Below are positions 36,811 to 49,085 of a DNA stretch of 64,000 nt, in pieces; position 1 is the stretch's first letter, and every line of letters starts with the position of its first letter. The DNA lies in assembly GCA_052327205.1 (NCBI GenBank), contig CM126228.1, forward strand, positions 8,370,001 to 8,434,000, given 5' to 3'. This DNA is from Somniosus microcephalus. Its lineage: Eukaryota. The translations under genes were made by a program, and so were the position numbers. A model generated the notes under the pieces. The model searched no databases, was not told where the DNA came from, and saw only the letters and a program-made list of their open reading frames with translations.

Positions 36811-39800
36811 GGGAGGGGGGGTCCTGAATGTTTTGAAAAGGGAAAAGCCAAGACCGAGGCCCAATCCCCAGCACCGGGGCTCCACCGAGGCTGGGGCGAG
36901 CTTTCGAAGATGGATGAGTTAGGTGAGGCCATGCTCGGGGCGTTTGTAAAGCCTGTTGGGCTGTAGGCGGAAGGAGGTGACCGAGGGAGGCGAGGAGTCC
37001 CAGAGTTTTGAATTCCGGGCAACATGAGTTAGGGTTGAGATTGTGAGACGAGTTGTGATGAGAGCGCAGGGGAGAGGGCGGATTATTTGGAGTCTTCTGA
37101 TATTGGCCATCAATCAAAGTAACATTTTACATTTGCCACATTGTCCCAGGGTGGGACCCTCGCGATGTCTACATTTCCTTCTGCACAGACTTGTCACTCA
37201 TTTCCCCTTTCTCTGCTTTCTCTTGAGACTGGGATTTAGAGTATTACACATTATAAGATCAGTGTTGATTTAAAATTAGCCTGCCCCCCAAAAAATCTAG
37301 CGTGTTTTGATTGGGAAGTAAATAATGATGAGTTTTCTGACTCGGGTTACTGCGGGCACGATGTGGGACCACTGTCCGAGCTGCAGTGACCTGGGAAATA
37401 CGCTCATGAAGGTTTCCTCGGTTGGGTTTTTTTCCCCTCTTACAAATGGTAAACGAAAGGCGTTAACAATTTCGTTAGCAATGCCCAAGGGTGCAAACCT
37501 TCGCTAAAGCGTTTGTGACACACAGCGGCCAACCTGCCCCCGTGTCAGATTCACAGCGCCAAGAAAATAAGGGAACAATTCAACTAGTGTGGAACCAAGA
37601 GAAATCGCCAGTGAGAACACAGAGTAACTCCCTGGCGGATTTACACAAACCCACATTTGGGAGATAGGAGGAATCATCCTTGCCTGAAAGGGGAAAGGCC
37701 TAATGTGTAAATAGTTTCGAACACAATTACTGCAAACATCATTTAAACCCCTCCAATTTTAATTCCATTTTTTGATGGGGGGTTAGGAGAGATTCTGAGT
37801 TCCGGGAACTTGCTAACACGAAATAAAAGCATCAGGGAATCTGTGGAATGAATTGTTTCTGTTAATGTAAAAAAATAGTCTCACTTGTACACGGTAAGGT
37901 TAAGCAATATCCTTGTGTGTCTAACTAGTTACCTAAATCTTAATATTCAGTGTTGTGGATACCGCCAAATTAGTAATCGTCCTTAAATATCTCAAATTAT
38001 AATTGTCCAGGGATACTTTAAGGACTGACGGGGGAAGCATAAAGATATTTTAAGCTAAAAGGCTCAGTTATTAAATTCTTTTTTTTAAATGTGCTGAATA
38101 TTTTACCTTTTTTAGTTTTTTAAAATTCCTTACTGAACATTAGCTGCCGGCTTGTATTTCTCAGTCAGTGGGGGGAAATACTTCCAAAACGAACATCGAA
38201 TAATCTGTATCGAAAAGAGAATGGAAAATAGCAAAGGATCAAAAGGAAAGTGGAGCCAAACTAGCGGCTTCACTTCAAATTCATGTTTTCTGTTTCCAGA
38301 GGGAAAGAAATCTCGTCACCTTAAAAAAAACCCTGGACCCTGTAAAACTATTTCAAGTCCTGGTGTGTGTGTGTCTGGCGGAACGGGGTTGGCAATAATT
38401 TGCAGGTGTGTCAATATATATTTAAAAAAGCTGTGCAAGTATCGCAGACATTTCCACACACAGGCCGGGTCTGTTTCACCCGCTGGATTCACCCCAGAAA
38501 GAAACTTTCACCGCGCAGGGGTGGCGGATTTTCAATCCAGACTGTTGGTCGTTTATTGGCATCTTTCCCGGGTTTTTTTTGGTATCGATTGAGAAACATT
38601 AAAGCAGAGAAAAAGCCTTGCAATTTTCATACAATTTGACACTGAAGATTGTGAACAGAATGTATTCCCCCACTCAACAACAACAACACTCGTGTTTTGC
38701 TAACACTTCTGAGCTCTTTCCTATATCTTGAACCACGCTCAAGGGTTCAAAATTGGACTTTCTCATACTGACCTTGTGAACTGAGCATAATTGCAGTGTT
38801 TGGAGAAGTACAGGCGGTGTTTGCCGTTTCCACTCTTGGTCACTGTGATGCCAAAGTCAATGGATGCCCTTTCTGCCTGTTCAAGTGGAAGTAACATATT
38901 CCATGTCACTATTGGAAGAAGTGCGGTGAGTCCCCCCAGGATTTTGGCCAACATTCCTCCCTCAACCAACACCACCATTTAGTGTGTGTGGGACCTTGCT
39001 GTGCACAAATTAGCTGCCTGCAAAACAGTGGCTGCATTTTACATGCAATCCATTGATTGTGACCCATTTTGGGATGTCTTGAGAATGTGAAAGATGCTAC
39101 ATAAAGGCAGGTTCTTCCGTTCTTAGAGAAACAAACCAGAATAATTTTATGCTGCAAACTCCTAACCTGGGAACTTACCCTGTGGGATATTAACTAACTC
39201 ACACTTCACATCTTGGTATGAAATAACTTTGGTATTTAAGTTAACCCATTTATAACCAACTGGTTAGTGGTGGTGTGGCCAAGCAAGATCCAACCCCCTG
39301 TCACTTTGGTCATGGGTTGGAATCCCATAATTGCCAACAAGCAAATCAGTGCTGTTCACAAAAAGTGGGAAGCATTTGCATACAATGCAATTTCTAGGCT
39401 GCAGTCACAGGTTACCTGCGACTGCCATATTTACCCTGAGCTCCGAACTCCATCCAAATTTCTGTTATACTGGCTGGCGGTCGATAGATAATCAAATGTA
39501 ACTAATTAGCACATCTGTTTGGTTAGAGAAAAGTTAATCTTATTTTTTTGTTCCAATTTCTTCCCACCCCTCCTGAAGGTACTGACTCTTGCTGGAATAG
39601 TTCCATGAATGTCTGTAACTTCTGGTACCTTGCCATCAGGCTATTTGACCATAGACAGCACCGCAGAAAAGCTCGATCAACATCCCCCACACACACACAC
39701 TTTTCAGCAGGAGTGATTGGACTGAATCCCTGATTAATGACTTCACTCAATAAGCTCAGGGCAGTGACAGCAGCTGCGGTGTCCTGAACTGCTGCCTTGA

Positions 39801-40574
39801 CTAAGATCAGTGAAATCAGCACAGACTGCTGGAGTTCATTGTTTTAATACCAGGAATAACTAGCAGAAAATAATAAAATAATTATTTGCATTTATATGGA
39901 GTGTTGGCACATTGTAACATCTAAAGTGCCTCACACAATGAGTTACTCAGGGCACAATGACTGCTGTCATGTAGGCGAATGCCATGTTATGGACAGGGTG
40001 GTGTGTAATATCAACAAGAATCATAGCTGGTGAGATTATTCCGATTAAATAAATGGGGGAAGACAAAAAGAAATGTAGTCCTGTGACCAATGTCAGGAAA
40101 CATCCCACTCAGTGATTAATACCTGGAATGGACGACCAACTGGAAAAGTAGAGACAACTACTCAGGACGGCGTTAGATGCTGTGGGTGGGTTATTGGTTG
40201 CTATGCAGGGGTGAGCTGGGTGGGTTGGATGGCCTCCCTCACTTGTACTTATCTTTGTGACCTTTACTAACTAAAGCATACAGCTTGTAAGGATATGGGA
40301 AACTTCAAATAATGCTCCGGAAGTCTTCTCTGGGTTTAAAGAGAGAGCAGTCTTCCTGAAATAATATTGTGCAAGTTTGGGGAGGCGGAAGAACCAAACA
40401 TCATGAGGATTTTGTCACCACGAGGTGTTCAAGAAACCTGATGCTGCAAACCTTCATCGTGCATGTATAAACAATTCAAAAAATGTTTGCCAAAAAACTT
40501 TAAAATGAGGTGGTGCCTTTAATTTTTTTGTTATGTGGGGGCTTTGTGGAAATTTGGAGAGAATGATGTCCATC

Positions 40575-40760
40575 CCCCAATCCCTTTGCCTCACCATTGG
40601 CGACCGTGCCTTCGGCCATCCAGGCCCTAAGCTCTGGAATCCCCTTCCTAAACCTCTCTGCATCTCTCTCCTCCTTTAAGTCACTCCTTAAAACCTGCCT
40701 CTTTGACCAAATTTTGTTCACCTGTCCTAATGCCTCCTTTTTTAGCTCAGTGTGAAATTA
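40575..40760 (+). mobile_element. L2 3' fragment
   Basis: Homologous to the reverse complement of 3960-4140. Confidence 0.75.
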
Positions 40761-42840
40761 TTGGTGATGGGTGAGAGAATGTCAGAAAATTAGAAACAAC
40801 AGAAAATAGTCACTAGGATGGTCATGTGGAAACTTTTAATACTTGGCCTTGCACTGGATTGGAGTTATACTGCACCTGGTGCAGGAAACTTGGCTTCAGT
40901 GTTCTTGGAAGTCAGATGGCTGACCTGACTCTTGATTCGTACCTCTGCCTTCATATTGATTTGCATCCAACACCACTTTGTACATGAAGTGGTCTAAAAG
41001 CTCAGTTAGAGGACTGCATACAGCTGTGAAATACTTGCCAGCTGTGGCAATAGGGAAGCAGGCAGAAGGCAAGTTGGTTTGGAAATTATCTGTGTTGAAT
41101 ATAAAATTCCTCAGAAGGAGACACCTACAGTAGGTGACAGAGGCGACTACAGCATAGAGAAAGAGAATAAGATGGACTGTTAATTAAACTAGACAAGTAG
41201 CTGACTGTAATTTTGTGGATTCTGAATGTGATGGAATGGAATGGGACAGAATTGGCCAAGAAGGTTAGAATGTGCTGCTTGATAAAGGAAGTGATTAGAC
41301 TGCTGCCCTTGAGTTGACAGTCAATCAGGGATATTTCTGGGGGGGGAGGGGTTTGATTGGTGATTTGACTTCCAAGGTCTGAAACAAGCTCCTACAGTCT
41401 GCCGCACCCCTGCTCTGTGCGCAGGCTGGAGTATAACTCCAGTGTGTTCGGTTGCAGGATGGCAGGTCTCAGCTTGGTATCACTGTCAAATTGTGTGTTT
41501 TTTTTTGGTTAAATGTCACGTTCCATGATATTTAGAAAGTTTTTTAAGTTTTTTAATTATTTTTTCCACAAAATTAAACAACAATTTTCCTACATTACAA
41601 CAGTACTTCAAAAGTACTTTAAACTGTAAAGAGCTATGGGACGTCCTGAGGTTGTGAAAGGCCCATATAAATGCAAATCTTTATTTTTGGATGTATGCTG
41701 TGGGATGCGAGCGTACATCACACCGAGCCAATGATAGGCAGACATCCCAGAAAGCCAGTGGCCACTTTCTGATTGTAGAACAGTGCACCCGATTGGAGGG
41801 ACAGTATAACTCCAGTATAACTGTAGATACAAACACAAATCTCTTTCACATCCCTTTCCTTCAGTACATTTACGCTGTTGTTTAAGCAGCAGGCAGAAGA
41901 AATTCGTGCAAATGTGTTCAAGATTTTTTTTTACAATTCAAACCCCCTCGTGTTTAGGTGAAGCAGGTTTGTGTGAGTGTGAGATATGTTGGTGAAACTG
42001 GGGAGTAATTCACTCACATGGAAACTTGGGGTCCGCAGCAGCCTCGCATTCCAACGGCGGGTCTGAATTATAAACTGCGAGCCATGCGGAGGGAACTTTG
42101 GAAAGTTGGGCTGCCCCGGGAAACTTTTTAAATGTTGGCCGAGAGTTGACCGGCCTCACCGTTTCTGTGGACACTGAATTGGTTTGTTGGATACCAGCGC
42201 GTTGGCAGCTGGCCGAAGACCAGCGCAGAACTGGCGAAATAACGGCGCTGTTACACGTCTTACCCCTGGGGTGAGCGATTTTCCGAGGTTGCGACACTCT
42301 CCTGTGCTCCCACTCTTCCAGCGGAGGGACCGGGCTGAGTCTGACTGGGAATAAGAGGTCACTGGGCTGAAACATTAACGCTGTGTTTCGGTCTCTCTCC
42401 ACAGATGCTGAGTGTTTGCTGCTTTTACTTTGGGTGCCAGGTGGGCTATCAGGACAGTGGAGACACAGAGGCAGCACAAATGGGGTCGATCCCTCTTTTA
42501 TTACAAGAGTGTCTTCACAAGTTTTTTTTTGTCTTTTAAATAAATTGGAGAAGTGCATCACAGGCAAACTGACCCTGCACCGGCTGAAAGCAGTTGTACA
42601 ACTCGGGGAAAAGCGACTCTCTGCCGCCACCGCCTGAGCAACAACTGCAGGAGGAGCAGGACTGGGTGACTGACAGAACTGGGGAAATGCAGCACTGTTA
42701 CCTCCAGTCTGATCGCTCTCAGTAAGATACTGCTCTCCAACCCAGATCTGCGGTGTAATTATGTCCCAGCAAACCAAAAGGGCAGGCAGAATAGTGAGAT
42801 ACAGAGGGAAACGACTTTATATCCAAGTCGTTATATCCAA

Positions 42841-42945
42841 CGAAGGTCCTGAAGAAGGGTTTCGACCTGAAACGTTGACTCTATTTCTCTCTCCACGGAT
42901 GTTGCCTGGCCTGCTGAGTTTTTCCAGCATTTTCTGTTGTTATTT
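42841..42945 (+). mobile_element. Short Penelope-like insertion with intact-looking hammerhead
   Basis: 12-bp TSD CGTTATATCCAA (42829-42840, 42946-42957). Confidence 0.8.
42845..42880 (+). ncRNA. Minimal type I hammerhead ribozyme motif
   Basis: GGTC-CTGAAGA-A-GGGT-TTCG-ACCT-GAAAC-GTT-GACT: both conserved core boxes, stem II with UUCG loop, palindromic AACGTT stem III, 4-bp stem I. Activity untested. Confidence 0.65.
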
Positions 42946-42959
42946 CGTTATATCCAAGT

Positions 42960-43928
42960 CGTTCTGACGAAGGGTCATCGACCTGAAACATTAGGGCTGG
43001 ATTTTCATTGAGGAGGCCTGTAGGAGGCGGGACTACAACTTTTGGGGTTGTAGTCCCGCCTCCATTGAGTTCTAGCCAACCCATGCAATTTTCACTTGAT
43101 TCACCTTGTTGAGCCCGCCCAGCGGGCTCAGCAGGCCAATTAAGGGTCACCCGGCAACAGGTGACGTCACAGATTGATATTTCATCTGTCAAGGCCTTTT
43201 GACAGACGAAATATCAGTGTTTCACAGCTGTTTGAAGCTGTCAAACACTGACAATCTGTACTCTAAGTTAATTCCTTTCTCTCAGGATGATTTAGAGATC
43301 TCCCCGGAACAGAAAGCTGAATGCTGGAACTTTTGACAGCTCGCGGCCATTCTGCTTTCTGTGCCGGTAAGATGAGGGACTCCCGAGACCTGAAGGAAGG
43401 AAGGCTGTAAAGGTTAGTAGAACTTCTTTAAACACTTTAAACACACCAAACACACTTACCTCTTCACTCATGCATCCATCACTCACCTGAACACCAGACA
43501 TCTCGAACCCTCCAAGTCCTTCAGCCCGACGGTCCGCCTCGCTAACTTGGCGTGGTTTGGAGTCATCGGGAATCCTACACTTCAGGAATAAAAATAGCAA
43601 TTAGGCTAAAAATTGCCTGTTATCTACCTGTTAACAGGCAGTTAATTGGCACTAATCCCCTTCCCGCCTTGGGGAGGCGGGTCCCAGCGTGGGCGGGTAC
43701 CCGCCTCCTTTGAAACTGGCATGGAGGTGGGTTGGGGGCAGGATGGGTTCGTGCCCCCCGATTTCGAGATTTTAACCATCCACACGCCTCCAATCTCGCC
43801 TCCACGGCCCAATGAAAATCCTGCCCATTAACTCTGTTTCTCTCTCCGCAGATGCTGCCTGACCTGCTGTGTGTTTCCAGCATTTTCTGTTTTTATTTCA
43901 AATTCCCAGCATCCGCAGTATTTTGCTT
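42960..43928 (+). mobile_element. Second Penelope-like insertion at the same site, split by a DNA element
   Basis: TTATATCCAAGT at 42948-42959 and 43929-43940; CTGACGA core at 42964-42970; the host sequence resumes at 43831. Confidence 0.75.
42994..43826. mobile_element. 833-bp non-autonomous DNA transposon with TIRs and 4-bp TSD (Sola2-like)
   Basis: TIR GGGC(T/A)GGATTTTCATTG at both ends; ATTA duplicated at 42990-42993 and 43827-43830. Superfamily assignment is an inference. Confidence 0.8.
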
Positions 43929-44091
43929 TTATATCCAAGTGGGCTGGCCTGAGAATTCATTAATGGGATGTGTGGGTGATGATGGGGACTAGCCAAACCA
44001 GAGAATATGAGGTCAAAATCCACCATGCAGTTTGAGGGTTTGAATTCAACTTTTTTTAAAATCTAGAAATAATAAGCTGGTATAAGAGAGA

Positions 44092-44495
44092 AAAAAAGAA
44101 AGACTTGGATTTGTACAGTGTCTTTCACAACCACCGGGCGTCCCAAAGTGTTTTACAGCCAATGAAGTACTTTTTGAAGTGTAGTCACTGTTATAATGTA
44201 GGAAACGCGGCAGCCAATTTGCACACAGCAAGCTCCCACAAACAGCAATGTGATAATGGCCAGATTATCTATTTTAGTGATGTTGATTGAGGGATAAATA
44301 TTGGCCAGGACACCGGGGAGAACTCCCCTGCTCTTCTTTGAAATAGCGCCATGGGATCTTTTACGTCCACCTGAGAGAGCAGACGCGGCCTCGGTTTAAC
44401 GTCTCATCCGAAAGACGGCACCTCCGACAGTGCAGCACTCCCCCAGCACTGCACTGGGCGTGTCAGCCTAGATTTTTGTGCTCAAGCCTCTGGAC
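44092..44495 (-). mobile_element. Deu-domain SINE inserted in a second tRNA SINE
   Basis: Homologous to 20056-20523; flanks (43975-44090 and 44495-44755) match the SINE at 62496-62998. Confidence 0.85.
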
Positions 44496-45619
44496 AAAAG
44501 TGAGTATGAAGTGACTGTCTTAGCAACTCAGCTGCTTCACTAATGTCCTTTTGGGAAGGAAATCTGCCGTCCTTACCCGGTCTGGCCTATACGTGACTCC
44601 AGTCCCACACCAACGTGGTTGACTCTTAACTGCCCTCTGAAGTGGCCGAGCGAGCCGCTCAGGTGTATCAAAAGACTGACCACCACCACCTTCTCAGAGC
44701 AACTAGGGATGGGCAATAAATGCTGACCTTGCCAACGACACCCAGATATCTCACAGTTCCTCGTCATTTATTCTGTATGTACCAAACGTTAAGACATTGA
44801 AATAATAAAAGTTAGACATGAATATTTATACAAATTACATTGATGCAGAAATTGCCAACTGCGAATCTCTCACACTGTCATCTACTCTCAGTTACAATGT
44901 CATCATGAAATAAGAAAAAAGTAATTAACGGAGGTAAGGATATTATGGTCTGAACATCCTCTGTTTGCGACTTTAGCAGGCCCTATTTTAAATACAGGGG
45001 TTAATAAATGTCCTCCACTGACAAGGATTTCAAGTGCACTCATTAAGTGCCCTGCTGCTGCCTAATATTGTGGGCTGGCCACTATCAACCGAAGGGGGAA
45101 GTGAGTATGTTAGTCTAGTGGTCATGGTATTGGCCTATTAACCTATGGTTCATGAGTTCAAAATCCCACCACGGCAAATGATAAAAAATGAATTCAATAA
45201 CGCCAGTAATTTGTGAATTGTTATTGGTTTCCTCATGCCCCCTAAAGCTAGTCTAGCCTACAAGTGACTCCAGTCCCACACTATGTGGCTTTCCCTTAAC
45301 TAGGGACAGTCAATAGACAGTAGCTTGTCACTGGGATAGACCTGTTGGGCTGAATGGCCTGTTTCTGTGCTATAAAAATCTATGTAAATAACACGAGCAT
45401 TATGAAAAATGAAGAATTTCCCCCAGACCTGATTCAGGCAGGTGGGGTGATAGTGAGATCCCGTGGGTCAGAATTACTACCCGTTCTATATTGACACAGA
45501 ATGATTTTCGCTGCACACTGAATCAAAATCAGAACTATTACTAGAAACTCGATTTCTAATCTCACTGCAGACGATATTGTGTCAGGAACATGTGAGACCA
45601 CCTCTAGGAGTTAACCTCA

Positions 45620-45955
45620 CAACAACAACAAAAATGTGTATTTATATAGCGCTTTTAATGTAGTAAAATGTCCCAAGGTACTTCACAAGGAGTGCAATTG
45701 GTCAAAATTTGACACTGAGCCACATAAAGAGAAATTAGGAAAGGTGACCAAAAGCTTGGTCAAAGATGTAGGTTTTAAGGAGCGTCTTAAAGGAGGAGAG
45801 AGAGAGGTAGAGAGGCGGAGAGGTTTAGGGAGAGAATTCCAGAGCTTAGGGCCCAGGCAGCTGAAGGCACGGCCACCAATGGTGGAGTGATTGAAATTGG
45901 GATGTGCAAGAGGCCAGAGAATTGGAGTAGTGCAGAGATCTCGGAGGATTGTAGA
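45620..45955 (-). mobile_element. L2 3' fragment
   Basis: STIGGRAFSCLGPKLWNSLPKPLRL; (caa)n tail. Confidence 0.85.
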
Positions 45956-46118
45956 CAATGTTTCCCGTAATTCTTTTGGGGCCGTGCGGCCCCTTTAATG
46001 GGCTATGCGGCCCATTCAAAAGTCCATGCATGCGCGGTTTTTCAGTTTAAAAGCTGGCTCACCAGCTGCGCGGGATCCCTGGAGCGCTGTGCGGCCACGT
46101 GGCTTAAAGGGAACTTTG
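45956..46118. mobile_element. hAT-type MITE, related to 56650-56822
   Basis: Ends CAATGTTTCC / GGGAACTTTG; decayed 8-bp TSD (attgtaga / gttgaagg). Confidence 0.7.
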
Positions 46119-46464
46119 GTTGAAGGGCTCACCCACTCGACCTTCATGGTATATGCAGTATAACTACAATCCAATACTAAGCCAAGTTTAGAAAGCTCCA
46201 CTGGGAACATTATAAAGTTCACGTCTCTCTCCTCACCTCCTGAAGAAGTCGCAAGGCTGGGTCACAGCTCCGCAGGTGCTGAGGGTCTCTGGTACCTCAC
46301 CCATGTGACCAGCCTTCATGGGTGACCTCAGACGGGTGAGTGTAGGCTGGCAATTCGACTGCGAGCGGGCATCACAGCCGTGCCCGGACCTGCCTTCTCC
46401 TGACAGCCTCACACACACACGGGTCGCTGGATAGCCATCAGGAGTGGGACCCCCACGGCTGATC

Positions 46465-47010
46465 ACATCGAATTTACAGCACAGAAACAGGCCCTTTGGC
46501 CCAACTGGTCTATGTCGGTGTTTATGCTCCACTCGAGCCTCCTCCCGCCTCTTTTCATCTCACCCTATCAGCATATCCTTCTATTCCTTTCTCCCTCATT
46601 TACTTATCTAGCTTCTCCTTAAATGTATCTAAGTACAAATTCAGCTGCCTGGGCCCTAAGCTCTGGAATTCCCTCCCTAAACCTCTCCACCTCTCTCTCT
46701 CCCCTCCTTTAAGACGCTCCTTACAAACTACCTCTTTAAGCAAGTTTTTTGGTCACCTGTCCTAACATCTCCTAATGTGGCTCGATGTCATTTTGTTTGA
46801 TAATCACTCCTGTGAAGCGCTTTGGGACGTTTTACTACGTTAAAGGCGCTATATAAATGCAAGTTGTTGTTGTTGTATCTATACTATTCGCCTCAACCTC
46901 TCCCTGTGGCAGCGAGTTCCACATTCTAACCACTCTCTGGGTAAAGCAGTTTCCCCTGAATTCCTTACTGGATTTATTAGTGACTGTCTTATATTTATGG
47001 CCCCTAGTTT
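46465..47010. mobile_element. CR1 3' fragment (-) interrupted by an L2 3' end (+, ~46640-46876)
   Basis: RGHKYKTVTNKSSKEFRGNCFTQRVVRMWNSLPQ on the minus strand; L2 tail ggcgctatataaatgcaag(ttg)n on the plus strand. Confidence 0.8.
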
Positions 47011-47734
47011 CCTCTCTGTAGCCCGGGAATGCTGAGTCCAATTGTAGCAATTCTACTGCTGCCGAGATCACTCCCCTCAGTACAGACCGAGAACAGAATG
47101 TGGGGCCTTCTGATCTATACGTCCTGGTACCACATTGGGCTGGTAAAACCTTTAAGCAGTGGGTCATTATTTCCTTAACATACCTGTGTCCCCATCACAA
47201 ATAACAGCGATTATGCAATGAAACATATAGTGTGGAAAAAATATTTTACCAACCATTCCTTTACCACTTTGTGACAGGAAATTAAACATTGGGTCTGGAG
47301 TTGATTAAATTCTGATATTTCGCAGTATGGATACACCATTATCCCTGACTCTGAAACTCCCATGACCCTGAGAGATAGGCAGCTGGAGCAGCTTAAAAGC
47401 TTGACGTGGTATCATTTTCATAGTAAAAAATAATGTTTTAGCAATTTTTCTTTGTATTGATCACAAGTTGTGAATAGGAAGGGCAAGTTTTTTTTTTGTC
47501 TTGTTGTTTGGGGCCACCTGGACCTGGATTGAGATTTCCCCAAACTCATTTCGCCCAAGACCCTCGAAGCAATCAGTGAGTGGAGACTTCCATCTCGTCT
47601 GTATGGGCTGTATTGAAACCCGGGTCCCAGAGGTGAAAGGACAACCTGCTGGTGCCAGCTGAGGTATTTCAACAAACTGATTGATTCTGAGTTGGAGCAC
47701 AGGCCATAGAGAAACAGAATGTTGATGTAGATGT

Positions 47735-48312
47735 GCCTCTGTCTCTGTCTGGCTGTTTAATCTGTGTTTGTCTGTTTCCCGCTGTCTGTTGTTTCTGTCT
47801 GTCTCTCTGTCTGCAGTCATCTCTCTCTCTCTGTTTATCTGTTTGTCTGTTTCCTGCTGTCTGTTTCTGTCCGTCTGTCTGTCTTTGTGCATGTCTCTCT
47901 CCCTGCTTATCTGTGTTTGTCTGTTTCTCCATCTGTTTCTGTCTGTCTGTCTTGCTCTCTCTGTCTGTCTATTTCTCTGTTTATCTGTTTCCCGCTGTCT
48001 GTTATTTCTGTCTGTCTCTCTGTCTGCATCCATCTCTCTCTCTGTTTATCTGTTTCCTGCTGTCTGTCTCTCTGTCTGTCTGTCTGTCTTTGTCTGTGCA
48101 TGTCTCTCTCTGTTTATCTGTGTTTGTCTGTTTCCCCATCTGTTTCTGTCTGTTTCTCTTTGTCTGTCTGTCTTGCTCTCTCTGTCTGTCTCTTTCTCTG
48201 TTTATCTGTTTGAATGTTTCCCTCTGTCTGTTTCAGTCTCTTTCTCTGTCTGTCGGCCTGTTTGTTTCCCTCTGCCTGTCGGTTTCTGTCTGTCTCTCCT
48301 TCCTCTTTCTCA
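47735..48312. repeat. Complex (TCTG/TC)n low-complexity repeat with ~200-bp higher-order duplication
   Basis: A-poor plus strand; gtgcatgtctctctc..tatctgtgtttgtctgtttc occurs twice. Confidence 0.92.
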
Positions 48313-49085
48313 ATGACTCCATCTACAGCACTTAGAAAATCAAGCATTGCAGAGTTTAACAGGGTGAAGAATGAGCAGACTGGCATTCTGAAGCATCAGG
48401 AAAAATGGCAAAATCGACAGTAGCAGAACTCGGCAGTAAGACAGCTCAGTGCTGGGGTTGGGACAGGAATAACTTGTAGCCAGAAGGATCCCATGGACAC
48501 ACTGATCGCAAAAAAAAAAGCTAATCTTGTGACTGAGTAGAATTCTGCTTCAACACAGGACAAGATTGAATGCACGGAATATAATATTTAACAGGATTTG
48601 CTGCAGGCTTTGAAAAATCTCTGCCATTGCCTAACAAGAAGTGGGACAGGATTGTCCTCACCGATTTATTTCCTCGCAGGGTGATGGAGCCACGGCTGCG
48701 AAGTGCCCCATCTAGTGTTCCACGTCAGAACTGACCAAACTGCTGCAGTTTATCTTGCGGTATCCGGGCGACCTTATCCGCAGGGAGCCAAGAGCAGGAC
48801 ATCATCAAAGTTGAATAGAGCAGGAGAGAGGACCAGGTAAGTCAGGAGGTGGTCATCAGGTGATGCCAACTCTTGCGGTTTAGAAGCCTTGCACTTAATT
48901 GGCGCCTTACCAGGTCTCCCAGAAACATCTCAAAGCCCTTCGCAAACAATTAATTACTTTCACGTAAACACTGCAGCCATTCCGCACCCAGCAAGTTCAC
49001 ATCAACAGCAATTAAATTCACAAAAATTCAGATTTTGGTGGTGTTAGCTGAGGGAGCAGTGTTGGATGTAAAAGATCCCATGGAG

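Noticed and set aside
42010-42777. 255-aa minus-strand ORF
   Set aside because: No recognisable domain; crosses GC-rich repeat fragments and a decayed PLE remnant (~42360-42425).
47461-48386. Cys/Leu/Ser-rich and Arg/Gln/Thr/Asp-rich ORFs up to 200 aa
   Set aside because: Translations of a TCTG/TC low-complexity tract.
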